Origin: an uncultured Actinomycetota bacterium
Lineage (GTDB): Bacteria; Actinomycetota; Humimicrobiia; Humimicrobiales; Humimicrobiaceae
Length of the DNA: 64,000 bases
Direction: 5' to 3'
Assembly: GCA_964528815.1 (NCBI GenBank)
Contig: CAZGTW010000001.1
Coordinates: 753 to 64,752, forward strand
Shown here: positions 39,547-50,403 of the stretch, piece after piece
How the letters are laid out: each line of letters starts with the position of its first letter
Position numbering within the stretch: the stretch's first letter is position 1
The notes under the pieces: generated by a model
Database searches by the model: none
Seen by the model: the letters and a program-made list of their open reading frames with translations, nothing else
What the model was told of the DNA's origin: nothing
Position numbers and translations under genes: made by a program

Positions 39547-40143
39547 TTATTTTCTGCTTCCAGGATAATACATGTCCACCCCGTCCCTGCAGAGAGGGCA
39601 TTCTTCAGGCGGGTATTTGTCCACCTGTATTTTTATCAGGCTAAAAAAAGGATAGCCGAATTCCACTTTATCTGACCTGTCGACAATACATATTACTCCC
39701 CTTATTTCGGCCCCGGCGTTTTTACATATTTCAATCACTTCAAAAACTGAACCGCCGGTAGTAATAACATCTTCGGCAATAATGACTTTTTCACCGGGGC
39801 TTATCTCAAATCCCCTCCGAAGCTCCATTGCCTTTTCTTTTCTTTCTGTAAAAATCATGCGCCTGTTTAATGCAAGTCCCAGCATATATCCGAATAAAAT
39901 ACCTCCCATTGCAGGAGATACCACTGTTTCAACAAGCTCTTTATTTATTGCGGAATTGTACTCATTTACAGCAGCATTTACAAGATAAGATGTCCTGTCC
40001 GGATACTGCAGCAGCTTTGCGCACTGAAGGTAAAACTTACTGTGAAATCCGCTTGTCAGTTTAAAATGCCCCTCCAGGACGGCGCCGGTTTCCAGAAGCA
40101 CCCTGTAAACATCAGCGGACTTAAGTTGATGCAAAACTTTCAT
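39547..40143 (-). CDS. pyrE: orotate phosphoribosyltransferase
   Basis: 198 aa; PRPP-binding VIIAEDVITTGGS. Confidence 0.92.
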   Translation of the reverse strand: MKVLHQLKSADVYRVLLETGAVLEGHFKLTSGFHSKFYLQCAKLLQYPDRTSYLVNAAVNEYNSAINKELVETVVSPAMGGILFGYMLGLALNRRMIFTERKEKAMELRRGFEISPGEKVIIAEDVITTGGSVFEVIEICKNAGAEIRGVICIVDRSDKVEFGYPFFSLIKIQVDKYPPEECPLCRDGVDMYYPGSRK

Positions 40144-40144
40144 A

Positions 40145-40897
40145 TCATACCAAAGCCCTTTCTATTTCATCAAAAATTATTTTTAGCGGCTCATCAATAT
40201 TTTCTTTTGAAGTTATGGATCTGCCAGCAATAATAAAATCCGCACCGTTTTTTATTGCATTATATGGGGTACTGCTCCTTTTCTGGTCATTTAACTGGTC
40301 ATGCTCAAGCCTGATTCCCGGAGTAGCAATATAAAAACTATTTCCCAGCTTTTCCCTTAAAGCTTTTACTTCATTAGGTGAGCATATTATTCCATCTGCT
40401 CCATTTTCCAATGACATTTCTGCCAGTTTTAAAACTGAGCCTAAAAAATCACTTTCAAACCCGAGCTTATAAAGGTCATTATTGTCAAGGCTTGTAAGAA
40501 TGGTGACCCCGAAAAGAAGCGGAGGAAGACAATTCAAATGCCCGGACTGCTCTATTGCCATTTTTTTTGCTTCTGCTATCATTTTCGGCCCTCCCAGGCA
40601 GTGCAGAGTAATTTTATCCGCGCCAAGTCTTGTTATTGCTGCTACAGCCTGGCTTACAGTATTGGGGATGTCCATCAGTTTTGCATCCATCATTACTTTA
40701 TATCCAAAGCTCTTTGCAGTTTCAACGACACCTGTGCCGCAGCTGTAGAACATTTCGAGGCCGAGCTTTAAAGTGGAAATCCTGTTTTGCATTTTGTGGC
40801 ACAGAGAAACCAGTTCCTGTTTAGAGCTTACATCTACGCTTACTATCAGCCTGTCAGCTGTTTTTAATATACTTTTTTTATCGGGGGCATTTCCCAT
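40145..40897 (-). CDS. pyrF: orotidine 5'-phosphate decarboxylase
   Basis: 250 aa; DxKxxD-type region (VMMDAKLMDIPNT); operon context. Confidence 0.88.
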   Translation of the reverse strand: MGNAPDKKSILKTADRLIVSVDVSSKQELVSLCHKMQNRISTLKLGLEMFYSCGTGVVETAKSFGYKVMMDAKLMDIPNTVSQAVAAITRLGADKITLHCLGGPKMIAEAKKMAIEQSGHLNCLPPLLFGVTILTSLDNNDLYKLGFESDFLGSVLKLAEMSLENGADGIICSPNEVKALREKLGNSFYIATPGIRLEHDQLNDQKRSSTPYNAIKNGADFIIAGRSITSKENIDEPLKIIFDEIERALV

Positions 40898-40937
40898 TAG
40901 ACGATACCTCCTGCTGCCAAAGTTATACTGCCATTCA

Positions 40938-41879
40938 TCATTTTATTCTTAAAGCTTTCCCTGCAAGTTCTCCAATATTTGTAAACCCCATTCTTACCAT
41001 ATAATTGCTTATACCTTCAATGATTTTTTCACATACTGCAGGGTCTGTAAAATTAGCTGTGCCTATTCCTACTGCATTTGCTCCTGCTATCATGAATTCT
41101 ACTGCATCCTGCCAGCTGGAAATTCCGCCCATTCCTATTATCGGCAGTATATTTTCTTTTGCAAGCTGGTACACATGAAATAATGCTACCGGCTTTACAG
41201 CAGGACCTGACAGCCCGCCTGTTATATTTGCAAGCCTTGGCTTAAAACTCTCAATATCAAAAGCAGTACCGGTAATGGTATTTATTATTGAAACTGCATC
41301 TGCACCGTTTTCTTTTGAAATGATTGCTGACTTTATTATTGTATTAAAATTCGGGCTGAGTTTTGCAAATAACGGCATTCCAGTTATTTGTTTAACCTCA
41401 CTTATTATAGGGCCTATTTCTTCAGGTATTGCACAAAATGCCATCCCTCCTTCACTGATATTGGGGCATGAAAAATTCAGTTCAAGAGCTTTTATTTCTT
41501 GCGCACGCGGCCTTATTTTCATTGCTATTTTTTTAAATTCCTCCCTGTCGGCACCAAATATGCTGAGAATTATATCTGCTCCCAGCTCCTGCATCTTATC
41601 AAGAGAAACTTCAAGAAAACTGTCTATGCCCTCATTCTGCAGTCCTATAGAGTTGAGCATTCCACTGGCTGTTTCCCATATCCTTGGAGGCGGATTGCCA
41701 TCTTTTTTTTCAAGTGAGAAACTTTTTGTAGTGACAGCGCCCAGGTTTGATACATTAATGAACCTGCTGTATTCAATACCCTGTGCAAAGGTCCCGGAAT
41801 TTACAAAAACAGGATTTTTAAATACTGCTTCACCAAACCTTACAGAAAGTCCGGGGTTTATGTCTGCTGAATCATTCAA
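40938..41879 (-). CDS. pyrD: dihydroorotate dehydrogenase catalytic subunit (class 1B)
   Basis: 313 aa; TIM-barrel DHOD motifs; paired with pyrK. Confidence 0.92.
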   Translation of the reverse strand: MNDSADINPGLSVRFGEAVFKNPVFVNSGTFAQGIEYSRFINVSNLGAVTTKSFSLEKKDGNPPPRIWETASGMLNSIGLQNEGIDSFLEVSLDKMQELGADIILSIFGADREEFKKIAMKIRPRAQEIKALELNFSCPNISEGGMAFCAIPEEIGPIISEVKQITGMPLFAKLSPNFNTIIKSAIISKENGADAVSIINTITGTAFDIESFKPRLANITGGLSGPAVKPVALFHVYQLAKENILPIIGMGGISSWQDAVEFMIAGANAVGIGTANFTDPAVCEKIIEGISNYMVRMGFTNIGELAGKALRIK

Positions 41880-42669
41880 AGACTACCTCCATAAGGTTAA
41901 AAGCCGGTCCATCGCTGCAGACCTTTTTATAGGATAACTTTCCATCTTCGCCTCTTGTTTTTATAACGCAACCCATGCAGACTCCAATACCGCATGCCAT
42001 TCTTTCTTCCATCAATGCAAATGCTTTTATCCCTCTGGCCCTGCTGATTATTCCCTGAATCGACTTGAGCATTTCCAATGGGCCGCAGGCGACTATGATA
42101 CTGTTATCATAATCTTTAATATTTGCTGAAATATATGAAGTAGGCAATCCCCGCTCACCAAAAGAGCCATCTTCTGTAAAAATCCTGTAATTTCTGGTTA
42201 TTTTGGCAAGGTCTTTTTCCCATGCATAAAAAGCATTATCTTTGAAACCGGCAATAAAAAATACATCTTTGCCTTTTTCGGCAAGCTCTGAAGCCAGATA
42301 ACACAAAGGCGCGACACCGATACCTCCTCCAATAAGGACATGCTTACTATGGGCTTCTTCAATTAAAAATCCGTTGCCCAGAGGACCAATAAAATCCAGG
42401 TACTGGCCCTTTCTTAAAGTCGAAAGGTACAAGGTACCTTTTCCTTTTACAGTATACAGGATTGAAAATACATTGAATCTTTTATCTATCTCGCATATTG
42501 CAAACGGACGCCTCAGCAGAGGGTCAGTAATATTATCGCTGGAGCACTTTACTTCAACAAACTGGGCAGGCGCCGCGTTCCTGCATATATATGGTGAAAA
42601 AACCTCTATTTTATAAAGGTTTTCACTGTATTTTTTATTTGCAAGTATCTCCCCGTTTAATATTTTCAT
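41872..42669 (-). CDS. pyrK: dihydroorotate dehydrogenase electron-transfer subunit (FAD/[2Fe-2S])
   Basis: 265 aa; FNR-like fold; C-terminal CGIGVCMGC cluster. Confidence 0.9.
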   Translation of the reverse strand: MKILNGEILANKKYSENLYKIEVFSPYICRNAAPAQFVEVKCSSDNITDPLLRRPFAICEIDKRFNVFSILYTVKGKGTLYLSTLRKGQYLDFIGPLGNGFLIEEAHSKHVLIGGGIGVAPLCYLASELAEKGKDVFFIAGFKDNAFYAWEKDLAKITRNYRIFTEDGSFGERGLPTSYISANIKDYDNSIIVACGPLEMLKSIQGIISRARGIKAFALMEERMACGIGVCMGCVIKTRGEDGKLSYKKVCSDGPAFNLMEVVFE

Positions 42670-42723
42670 AATTTTAAAGTTTTTCTTTTACTGAGAACCT
42701 GTTTTTATTGCTGTTTTTAATTA

Positions 42724-45700
42724 TTAATAATCCTGTATGCTCTTTACATTTATTTTCTCGCTTGACTGGAGCTCCTTAATTCCCTGGACAACAGCTGAAG
42801 CAGCAGATAAAGTCGTTATTGACGGAATATTCTGCATCACTGCAGCGGTCCTCAGGAAATATCCGTCACTCCTGGCATTGCTGCCCTCGGGAGTGTTTAT
42901 AATAAGGTCTATTTCGCGATTTTTCATCATATCCAGCACATTCGGCCTTCCTTCACTTATTTTGAGCACCGAATCACATTTTATACCGTTTTTTTCAAGT
43001 ATATCAGCCGTACCTTTTGTTGCTATTATCTTAAATCCCAGTTTATTAAGGTCTTCTGCAATCGCAAGTATGTTATTTTTATCTTTATCATTGACGCTTA
43101 TAAAAACTATGCCTTTTTTCGGGAGAAACAGGTTTGTTGCAATCTGTGATTTTGCAAATGCAATACCGAAATTTTTATCTATTCCCATAACTTCACCGGT
43201 AGATTTCATCTCCGGCCCGAGTATTGTATCAAAGCCCGGGAACCTGTTGAAGGGAAGGACTGCTTCTTTAATACTGAAATACTTCAATGACAGGCAGTCG
43301 ACTTTTTTAAAATCCAGTTCCCTGAGTTTTTGTCCGGTCATTACCCTTGCAGCTATTTTTGCAAGCGGGACCTTAATTGTTTTGCTTACAAACGGAACGG
43401 TCCTTGATGCCCTGGGATTTGCCTCAAGCACATAAACTGTTGAATTCTTTAATGCATATTGTATGTTTATAAGTCCTTTTACTTTAAGTGCCTGCGCTAT
43501 CCTGAGTGTGTAATCTTTTATGGTGTCTGTTATCTGTTGGGATAGCGTGAAAGGCGGAATGACGCATGCGCTGTCCCCGGAATGTATTCCAGCTTCTTCT
43601 ATATGTTCCATTATTCCCCCAATAAAAATGTCCTCTCCATCAAAAATCGCATCAACATCTATTTCAATGGCATCTTCAAGGAATTTATCTACCAGAACAG
43701 GTTTATCAGGAGATACAAGCGATGCTTTATTTATATAACTCACAAGGCTTTCTTCAGTATAAACTATATTCATTGCCCTGCCGCCAAGAACATATGAAGG
43801 GCGTACCAGCACCGGGTAACCGATCCTGCGTGCAGCTTTTACTGCTTCGTCAGTTGTCATAGCTGTGCCGTTCTGCGGCTGAGGTATATCCAGTTTGTGT
43901 AAAAGATTTCCAAACCTTTTTCTGTCTTCTGCAAGGTCGATACTGTCAGGAGATGTACCCAGAATCTTAACGCCGGCATTATGAAGGCGCATTGCCAGCT
44001 TTAATGGTGTCTGTCCGCCAAACTGCACAATTACTCCTGCAGGTTTTTCGACCCCGATAATGTTTAAAACATCTTCAAATGTAAGTGGTTCAAAATAGAG
44101 CCTGTCTGAAGTGTCGTAATCTGTACTTACAGTTTCAGGATTGCAGTTTATCATAATTGTCTCATAACCATCTTCATGTAATGCAAAAGATGCATGAACA
44201 CAACAGTAATCAAACTCGATACCCTGGCCTATCCTGTTCGGGCCGCTTCCAAGTATTACGATTTTTTCTTTTGAAGAAGATGCAGCCTCATTTTCACTTT
44301 CATATGTGGAATAATAATATGGAGTGCAGGCCTCAAATTCAGCAGCACAGGTGTCTACAGGTTTAAAGACAGCTTTTATGCCATATTTATTTCTTATCTC
44401 CCTTATATCATCCTCGCTGCAATTGCACATGTGCCCAAGCTGAAAGTCTGAATAGCCCATTCTTTTGGCTGCAAATATTTTTTCTTTTGTAAGCTCTCTT
44501 GCTCTGCAGCCTGAGAAACCCTTCTCAAATTCGACAAGCTGTTTTATATTATAAAGGAACCATCGATCTATTTTTGTACTGCTGTAAATTTCTTCTATAC
44601 TCATTCCGAGCTCAAAGGCCATTTTTATATAAAATACCCTGTCCTGGTTTGGAACAGTAAGTTTTGCCGAAAGTAATTCTCTGTTAAGGTCGTCTTTCCC
44701 GTCGGCTCCCAGCCCGTACCTGTCTATTTCGAGAGACCTGATAGCTTTTTGCAGAGCTTCCTTAAATGTCCTGCCAATTGCCATAGCTTCACCAACAGAT
44801 TTCATCCTGGTCGTAAGGCTGATATCAGTGCCCGGGAACTTCTCAAATGCCCATCTTGGAAATTTTACAACAACATAATCGATTGAAGGCTCAAAACATG
44901 CAGGAGTTTTTCTGGTAATATCATTCGGTATTTCATCCAGCGTATACCCTACTGCCAGCCTGGTGGCAATCTTTGCTATTGGAAAACCGGTTGCTTTTGA
45001 CGCAAGAGCGCTGCTTCTTGAAACCCTTGGATTCATTTCTATAACAACCATTTTTCCGTCTTCAGGGTTTACAGCAAACTGTATATTTGAGCCGCCTGTT
45101 TCAACGCCGATTTCCCTTATTATGGCAAGCGATGCCTGCCTCATATCCTGGTATTCACGGTCAGTTAAAGTCTGTGCAGGGGCGACTGTAATGCTGTCTC
45201 CTGTATGTACACCCATGGGGTCGAAGTTTTCAATCGAGCACACTATTACAACATTATCATTTTTGTCTCTCATTACTTCAAGTTCATATTCTTTCCAGCC
45301 TGCGACTGATTTTTCTATAAGCACCTGTTTGGTGGGAGAAAAATCAAGCCCTCTTGTAACTATTTCTATAAACTCTTCTTTATTGAATGCGACTCCACCG
45401 CCTATTCCGCCAAGTGTAAAGCTCGGCCTGACAACAAGAGGAAACTTTAATTCATTGCTTATTTCTATTGCCTCTTCAAGATTATTGGCATAACCACTGG
45501 GTGGCACATCAAGGTTGATATTTTTCATTGCCTGTTTGAAAAGTTCCCTGTCTTCAGCTTTTTCTATAACTTCTACATTTGCGCCTATAAGTTCCACCCC
45601 ATATTTTTCAAGGACCTTTTCTTTTGCAAGTGCAACAGCTATATTAAGTCCGGTTTGCCCCCCAAGTGTAGGTAAAATTGCGTCAGGCATTTCTTTTTTT

Positions 45701-45933
45701 ATTATTTTTGCGACAAATTCCGGAGTAATAGGTTCAATATATGTACTGTCGGCAAACTCGGGATCAGTCATAATAGTTGCCGGATTTGAATTTATCAGTA
45801 TTACTCTATAACCTTCTTCCTTGAGGACTTTGCAGGCTTGTGTGCCCGAATAGTCAAATTCACATGCCTGGCCTATGACTATAGGGCCTGAGCCTATTAT
45901 AAGTATTTTTTTAAGGTCTCTTCTTTTCGGCAT
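42724..45933 (-). CDS. carB: carbamoyl-phosphate synthase large subunit
   Basis: 1069 aa; duplicated ATP-grasp halves; MGS-like C-terminal domain. Confidence 0.95.
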   Translation of the reverse strand: MPKRRDLKKILIIGSGPIVIGQACEFDYSGTQACKVLKEEGYRVILINSNPATIMTDPEFADSTYIEPITPEFVAKIIKKEMPDAILPTLGGQTGLNIAVALAKEKVLEKYGVELIGANVEVIEKAEDRELFKQAMKNINLDVPPSGYANNLEEAIEISNELKFPLVVRPSFTLGGIGGGVAFNKEEFIEIVTRGLDFSPTKQVLIEKSVAGWKEYELEVMRDKNDNVVIVCSIENFDPMGVHTGDSITVAPAQTLTDREYQDMRQASLAIIREIGVETGGSNIQFAVNPEDGKMVVIEMNPRVSRSSALASKATGFPIAKIATRLAVGYTLDEIPNDITRKTPACFEPSIDYVVVKFPRWAFEKFPGTDISLTTRMKSVGEAMAIGRTFKEALQKAIRSLEIDRYGLGADGKDDLNRELLSAKLTVPNQDRVFYIKMAFELGMSIEEIYSSTKIDRWFLYNIKQLVEFEKGFSGCRARELTKEKIFAAKRMGYSDFQLGHMCNCSEDDIREIRNKYGIKAVFKPVDTCAAEFEACTPYYYSTYESENEAASSSKEKIVILGSGPNRIGQGIEFDYCCVHASFALHEDGYETIMINCNPETVSTDYDTSDRLYFEPLTFEDVLNIIGVEKPAGVIVQFGGQTPLKLAMRLHNAGVKILGTSPDSIDLAEDRKRFGNLLHKLDIPQPQNGTAMTTDEAVKAARRIGYPVLVRPSYVLGGRAMNIVYTEESLVSYINKASLVSPDKPVLVDKFLEDAIEIDVDAIFDGEDIFIGGIMEHIEEAGIHSGDSACVIPPFTLSQQITDTIKDYTLRIAQALKVKGLINIQYALKNSTVYVLEANPRASRTVPFVSKTIKVPLAKIAARVMTGQKLRELDFKKVDCLSLKYFSIKEAVLPFNRFPGFDTILGPEMKSTGEVMGIDKNFGIAFAKSQIATNLFLPKKGIVFISVNDKDKNNILAIAEDLNKLGFKIIATKGTADILEKNGIKCDSVLKISEGRPNVLDMMKNREIDLIINTPEGSNARSDGYFLRTAAVMQNIPSITTLSAASAVVQGIKELQSSEKINVKSIQDY

Positions 45934-45936
45934 TTT

Positions 45937-47037
45937 TCACTTTCTGAAATCATCTATATATTTTTTGAAACCGGCAAATATATATCTCGAATCATATGGT
46001 CCCGGGCCTGCTTCAGGGTGGTGCTGTACGCTGTAAGCAGAAATTTCCGGGTATTCAATACCTTCGATTGTGCCGTCATTGAGATTTATATGAGTTATAT
46101 TTGCAGAAGATATGCTGATATTTTTTAATGTTTCAGGCTCCACTGCAAAACCATGATTCTGTGTGGTAATTTCAACTTCACCGGTTAAAAGGTTTTTTAC
46201 AGGATGGTTCCCTCCATGGTGCCCGAATTTCAGCTTGTAAGTCCTTGCGCCAAGTGCAAGAGCCATAAGCTGGTGACCAAGGCAAATCCCGAAAACCGGT
46301 TTTTTGCCCAGCAGCATGGATATATTTTTAATTGCATACCGGACCGCTGCAGGGTCCCCCGGGCCATTTGAAAGGAAGATGCCTTCAGGTTCAAGTGCCA
46401 GTATCTCATCTGCACCTGTAGATGCAGGAACAACTTTTATATTAAAACCTGCCATATCAAGGCAGCGCAGAATATTGAATTTGATACCATAATCCAGTGC
46501 GACAATATCTCTGCATTTGCCGGTTTTTTTATTACTGTATATATAACTTTTTTTACACGTTACATATTTTACAAGGTCGCTTCCAGCCATTGCAGGGTGA
46601 CTTTCAAGTTTTTCTTTCAGTTCTGATATATTATCATTTTCTGTTGATATTATGCCTTTCATGGCCCCGCTTATACGCAGAAGCCTTGTAAGCATCCTGG
46701 TATCAATGCCTTCTATGCCAATGATATTATTTTTTCCAAGGTAAGAAGCAAGACTTTTTTTTGCTCTCCAGTTACTGTAATAATCAAAATATTCCCTTAC
46801 AACAAAGCCCGAGACATGTAAATTTGCAGACTCTGTGTCTTCTTCATTTACACCATAGTTTCCTATTTGTGTATAAGTCATTGTTACAATCTGCCCGTAA
46901 TAGGATGGATCGGTAAGTATTTCCTGATAACCCGTCATTGAAGTATTAAAAACTACTTCACCGGCAGTTTCCCCTCCGGCGCCAAAACTTAGGCCCTTAA
47001 ATATGGTGCCGTCTTCAAGCAATAATACTGCTTTCAA
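45937..47037 (-). CDS. carA: carbamoyl-phosphate synthase small subunit (glutamine amidotransferase)
   Basis: 366 aa; GICLGHQL catalytic Cys. Confidence 0.95.
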   Translation of the reverse strand: MKAVLLLEDGTIFKGLSFGAGGETAGEVVFNTSMTGYQEILTDPSYYGQIVTMTYTQIGNYGVNEEDTESANLHVSGFVVREYFDYYSNWRAKKSLASYLGKNNIIGIEGIDTRMLTRLLRISGAMKGIISTENDNISELKEKLESHPAMAGSDLVKYVTCKKSYIYSNKKTGKCRDIVALDYGIKFNILRCLDMAGFNIKVVPASTGADEILALEPEGIFLSNGPGDPAAVRYAIKNISMLLGKKPVFGICLGHQLMALALGARTYKLKFGHHGGNHPVKNLLTGEVEITTQNHGFAVEPETLKNISISSANITHINLNDGTIEGIEYPEISAYSVQHHPEAGPGPYDSRYIFAGFKKYIDDFRK

Positions 47038-48446
47038 TTATTTATCCTTACTTTTTTTCCATTGACAGTGGCGCAAACCATACCGTAGAGTTTTTGCCCT
47101 TTAAATGCACTGTTTTTGCTTTTAGAGTTAAAAAATCCGTCATCGATTATCCGCCAGGATTCGGGATCAAATAGTGTAATCTCTGCTTTTTCCCCCTGCT
47201 TTATGGACGGAGGGTTTATTCCGAGTATCTTCCTGGGTTTAACAGAAAGAATATTGATTAATCTGTCAATACCCAGTCTGGAATCCCTGCAGAGTTTTGT
47301 AAAAGCACAGGCAAACATTGTCTCAAGCCCTGTTACACCATTAGCAGCACTTTTTACAGTAGTATTTTTTTCAGCTTCCAGATGAGGGGCATGATCGCTG
47401 GCTATTATATCAATGATACCGTTGCGGATCCCTTCTTCAAGAGCCTGCCTGTCGCGGCTGCTTCTTAAAGGCGGGTTTATTTTAAATGTTGCATCATATT
47501 TTTCCAGTGAAGAGTCATCAAACACAAGATGGTGCGGAGTCACATCACAGGTTACGGGCAAGCCATCTTCTTTGGCCATTTTAATAAGCCGGACTGATTC
47601 CATTGCACTTATATGCGTAAAATGCACTTTTGCTTTTGTCCGTTTTGCAAATTCTATATCCCTCTGTATCATTAATATTTCAGAAAGGGATGAAATCCCG
47701 TCAAGTCCCAGTTTTGATGAGAAATAACCTTCGTGCATAAGGCCGGACTTTGAAAAACTGTAATCTTCCTCGTGCAGTATAAGCGGGATATCAAAATATG
47801 ATGCATATTTCATTATTTCATACATTAGTTTTGGTTCCTGTACACACCGCCCATCATCAGAAAGTGCAATAGCCCCGTTTTCCTTCAGAAGGCCGAAATC
47901 AGTCATTTCAGTTCCCTCAAGTTTTTTTGTCATTGCTGCGACAGGATAAACTTCAAAATCAAATTCTTTTGAGCGGTTGATTATATATTTTACAAGATAT
48001 TCATTGTCAATTGGCGGCTCTGTATTTGGCATACAGCATAATGAAGAGAAACCGCCATGTGCCGCAGCATTAATGCCGCTTTCGATATCCTCTTCTTCCT
48101 CATTGCCCGGTTCCCTGAGGTGTACATGCATATCAAAAAAAGACGGGCATGCTATTAATCCATCAGCATCAATTATTACTGTTTTTCCCTTTAATACTGC
48201 TAAAGGTTTTGTATTTTTATTTCCTGTTACATTTTTATCCGCAGAATTGCTTTCTTTAATATCCCTTTCAACAGGAAAATTTCCTCCGGTATCTGTTTTG
48301 CCGATTGAACGTATTGTCCCGTTTCTGATCAGTATATCATCCCTGGTATCAATGCCCTGTGCAGGATCTATTATTCTTGCATTTTTTATAAACAATTCAT
48401 TGTCTTCAGGAATCATATTTGTTTTGTTGTATATTAATTCAGTCAT
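47034..48446 (-). CDS. pyrC: dihydroorotase (with ~40-aa N-terminal low-complexity insertion)
   Basis: 470 aa; DMHVHLREPG metal-binding motif; IASDHAPH. Confidence 0.9.
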   Translation of the reverse strand: MTELIYNKTNMIPEDNELFIKNARIIDPAQGIDTRDDILIRNGTIRSIGKTDTGGNFPVERDIKESNSADKNVTGNKNTKPLAVLKGKTVIIDADGLIACPSFFDMHVHLREPGNEEEEDIESGINAAAHGGFSSLCCMPNTEPPIDNEYLVKYIINRSKEFDFEVYPVAAMTKKLEGTEMTDFGLLKENGAIALSDDGRCVQEPKLMYEIMKYASYFDIPLILHEEDYSFSKSGLMHEGYFSSKLGLDGISSLSEILMIQRDIEFAKRTKAKVHFTHISAMESVRLIKMAKEDGLPVTCDVTPHHLVFDDSSLEKYDATFKINPPLRSSRDRQALEEGIRNGIIDIIASDHAPHLEAEKNTTVKSAANGVTGLETMFACAFTKLCRDSRLGIDRLINILSVKPRKILGINPPSIKQGEKAEITLFDPESWRIIDDGFFNSKSKNSAFKGQKLYGMVCATVNGKKVRINN

Positions 48447-48460
48447 TTTTTACCGCCGGG

Positions 48461-49393
48461 TTAATCTTTTGTTAAGATAAGATAAATAAGCGCCATTCTT
48501 ACAGCAACACCATTTCTTACCTGCTCATTGATTTTTATTTTTTCAGCCATGCTTTTTTCAAGATTCATAACGCTTTCACTTATTTCAATGTCCCTGTTAA
48601 CAGGCCCCGGATGCATTACCAGTGAGCGCTTTTTCATCATATTTAGCCTTTTTTCATCCAGTTCCAGAAACCTGTTATATTCTTTTACAGATGGATAATA
48701 TTTCCTTTCCTGCCTTTCAAACTGCATCCTTAACATATAAAGGATATCCACTGTTTTTATTATTTCATCAATGCAGCCTTTCACACTCACATCATAATGT
48801 GAGAGGTCCTCAGGAAGCAGCATCGGCGCCGATACAAGGGTTACTTCCATTCCCATTTTTTTGAATAACAGCATATTTGAGCGTGCAACCCTGCTGTTTA
48901 CAATATCTCCTGCAATAGCGACACTTAAACCTTTAAATTTCCCGAATGATTTTTTAATAGTATATAAATCAAGCAGCGCTTGTGTGGGATGCTGGTGCTT
49001 TCCGTCCCCTGCATTTATTACAGGCAAATCAATATTTCTTGAAATAAAACTCATTACACCGCTATCCGAATGCCTGATAACAAGAAGATCCGCTATCATT
49101 GACCTTATTGTCTTTATCGTGTCTATTATTGATTCACCCTTCTTGAGGCTGCTTGCTGATGATGAAAAATTTATAATATCCGCGCTGAGCCTTTTTGCAG
49201 CAAGTTCGAAAGATATCCTTGTCCTTGTACTGTTTTCAAAAAACATATTTATTATGGTCTTTCCCCTCAGTGCCGGCACTTTTTTCAGGTCCCTCTCAAG
49301 CACTTCATTAAAAGTATCTGCATTTTCAAGGATGATTTCTACATCATCCACACTTAAATCATCAATATCTATGACATTTTTTACACTCAGCAT
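48461..49393 (-). CDS. pyrB: aspartate carbamoyltransferase catalytic subunit
   Basis: 310 aa; STRTR and HPxQ (HPTQ) motifs. Confidence 0.93.
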   Translation of the reverse strand: MLSVKNVIDIDDLSVDDVEIILENADTFNEVLERDLKKVPALRGKTIINMFFENSTRTRISFELAAKRLSADIINFSSSASSLKKGESIIDTIKTIRSMIADLLVIRHSDSGVMSFISRNIDLPVINAGDGKHQHPTQALLDLYTIKKSFGKFKGLSVAIAGDIVNSRVARSNMLLFKKMGMEVTLVSAPMLLPEDLSHYDVSVKGCIDEIIKTVDILYMLRMQFERQERKYYPSVKEYNRFLELDEKRLNMMKKRSLVMHPGPVNRDIEISESVMNLEKSMAEKIKINEQVRNGVAVRMALIYLILTKD

Positions 49394-49414
49394 TTTATTA
49401 CCTGCCTGTTAAAT

Positions 49415-49951
49415 TTAAGATGATTCATAAATCGTAACGCTGTCTTTATCATCAGTTTCTTTAAGGCTCACTTCAATTCGCTCATTTAATGAAGTTGGAA
49501 TATTCTTCCCTACATAATCTGCCCTTATGGGAAGCTCCCTGTGGCCCCTGTCTATAAGTACCACAAGTTGTATTGTTTTTGGCCTTCCAAAATCTGTAAG
49601 CGCATCAAGCGAAGCCCTTATTGTCCTGCCTGTAAACAGCACATCATCGACAAGTATTACATCTTTACCGTCTATTGCGAATGGTATATCTGTTATTTCA
49701 ACATTGGGCTTGACCCTTTTTGCTACATCATCCCTGTAGAAAGAAATATCAAGTTTTCCTGCAAACATCTCTGTTGTTTCAAGCTCTTTTATATTATTTG
49801 CAATGCGCCTGGCCAGCGGAACACCTCTTTTCTGTATGCCGATAAATACAAGATTTTTTGCGCCTTTGTTTCTTTCAAGAATCTCATGGGATATTCTTTT
49901 TAATATACGGTCTATATCAGATTCATTAAGTATTAAAGCTTTTTCTTTCAT
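49415..49951 (-). CDS. pyrR: bifunctional pyrimidine operon attenuation protein / uracil phosphoribosyltransferase PyrR
   Basis: 178 aa; PRPP loop [13 protein letters not shown]; first gene of the pyr operon. Confidence 0.92.
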   Translation of the reverse strand: MKEKALILNESDIDRILKRISHEILERNKGAKNLVFIGIQKRGVPLARRIANNIKELETTEMFAGKLDISFYRDDVAKRVKPNVEITDIPFAIDGKDVILVDDVLFTGRTIRASLDALTDFGRPKTIQLVVLIDRGHRELPIRADYVGKNIPTSLNERIEVSLKETDDKDSVTIYESS

Positions 49952-50017
49952 TTTCTTTTTTTATTCAGAGTTATTATTATATTTCTAATCCTTTTAAATA
50001 CATAAAAGTTCCCGGAT

Positions 50018-50054
50018 AAAAAAAACGCCCTCTTACAATTATAGTAAGAAGGCT
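50018..50054 (-). terminator. pyr-leader attenuator terminator
   Basis: Minus-strand RNA GCCUUCUUAC-UAUAAUU-GUAAGAGGGC (10-bp stem with one G.U) followed by U8, about 65 nt upstream of the pyrR ATG. Confidence 0.65.
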
Positions 50055-50117
50055 TCTGAATATGCCAGTGTAATATCAGGTAATGTTAAAATCTGTTCTG
50101 ACAATTTGCTCCTTTTT

Positions 50118-50131
50118 AGTCTCTCCGGACT
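50118..50131 (-). promoter_or_regulatory. PyrR-binding loop (anti-antiterminator) in the pyr leader
   Basis: Minus strand AGUCCGGAGAGACU, embedded in a CCUUU...AAAGG stem, versus the consensus ARUCCNGNGAGGYU; located ~65 nt 5' of the terminator. Confidence 0.65.
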
Positions 50132-50403
50132 ATTTTAAAGGTAATTATTATTTTATTTAAACTTATTATATATCTGAATCAGATATATTTTATATTATAT
50201 ATTTTTACCGAAGATAATATAGGGGATTTTAAATAAAAATTCAAGATATTTTTTTAAATTGGGATTTTTTTGTTAATACTATTAAAATAGTAGTGTATAA
50301 TAGTCAATTGCTTATAAGATGATTTTTACAGGGTTTATAAATATTTGCCGGGCGTTTTTTACATGATGCCCGGCAGTAATTGTAAATATTACAGGATTTA
50401 ATA

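Noticed and set aside
41275-41937. 220-aa plus-strand ORF
   Set aside because: Antisense to pyrD, which has unmistakable DHOD motifs; no independent signals.
42737-43435. 232-aa plus-strand ORF
   Set aside because: Antisense to carB; serine/leucine-rich low-complexity translation.
50118-50131. AGTCCGG motif reminiscent of the RNase P RNA P4 region
   Set aside because: No surrounding RNase P conserved regions and the gap is too short/AT-rich. The motif fits the PyrR-binding loop consensus far better, and it sits upstream of pyrR.
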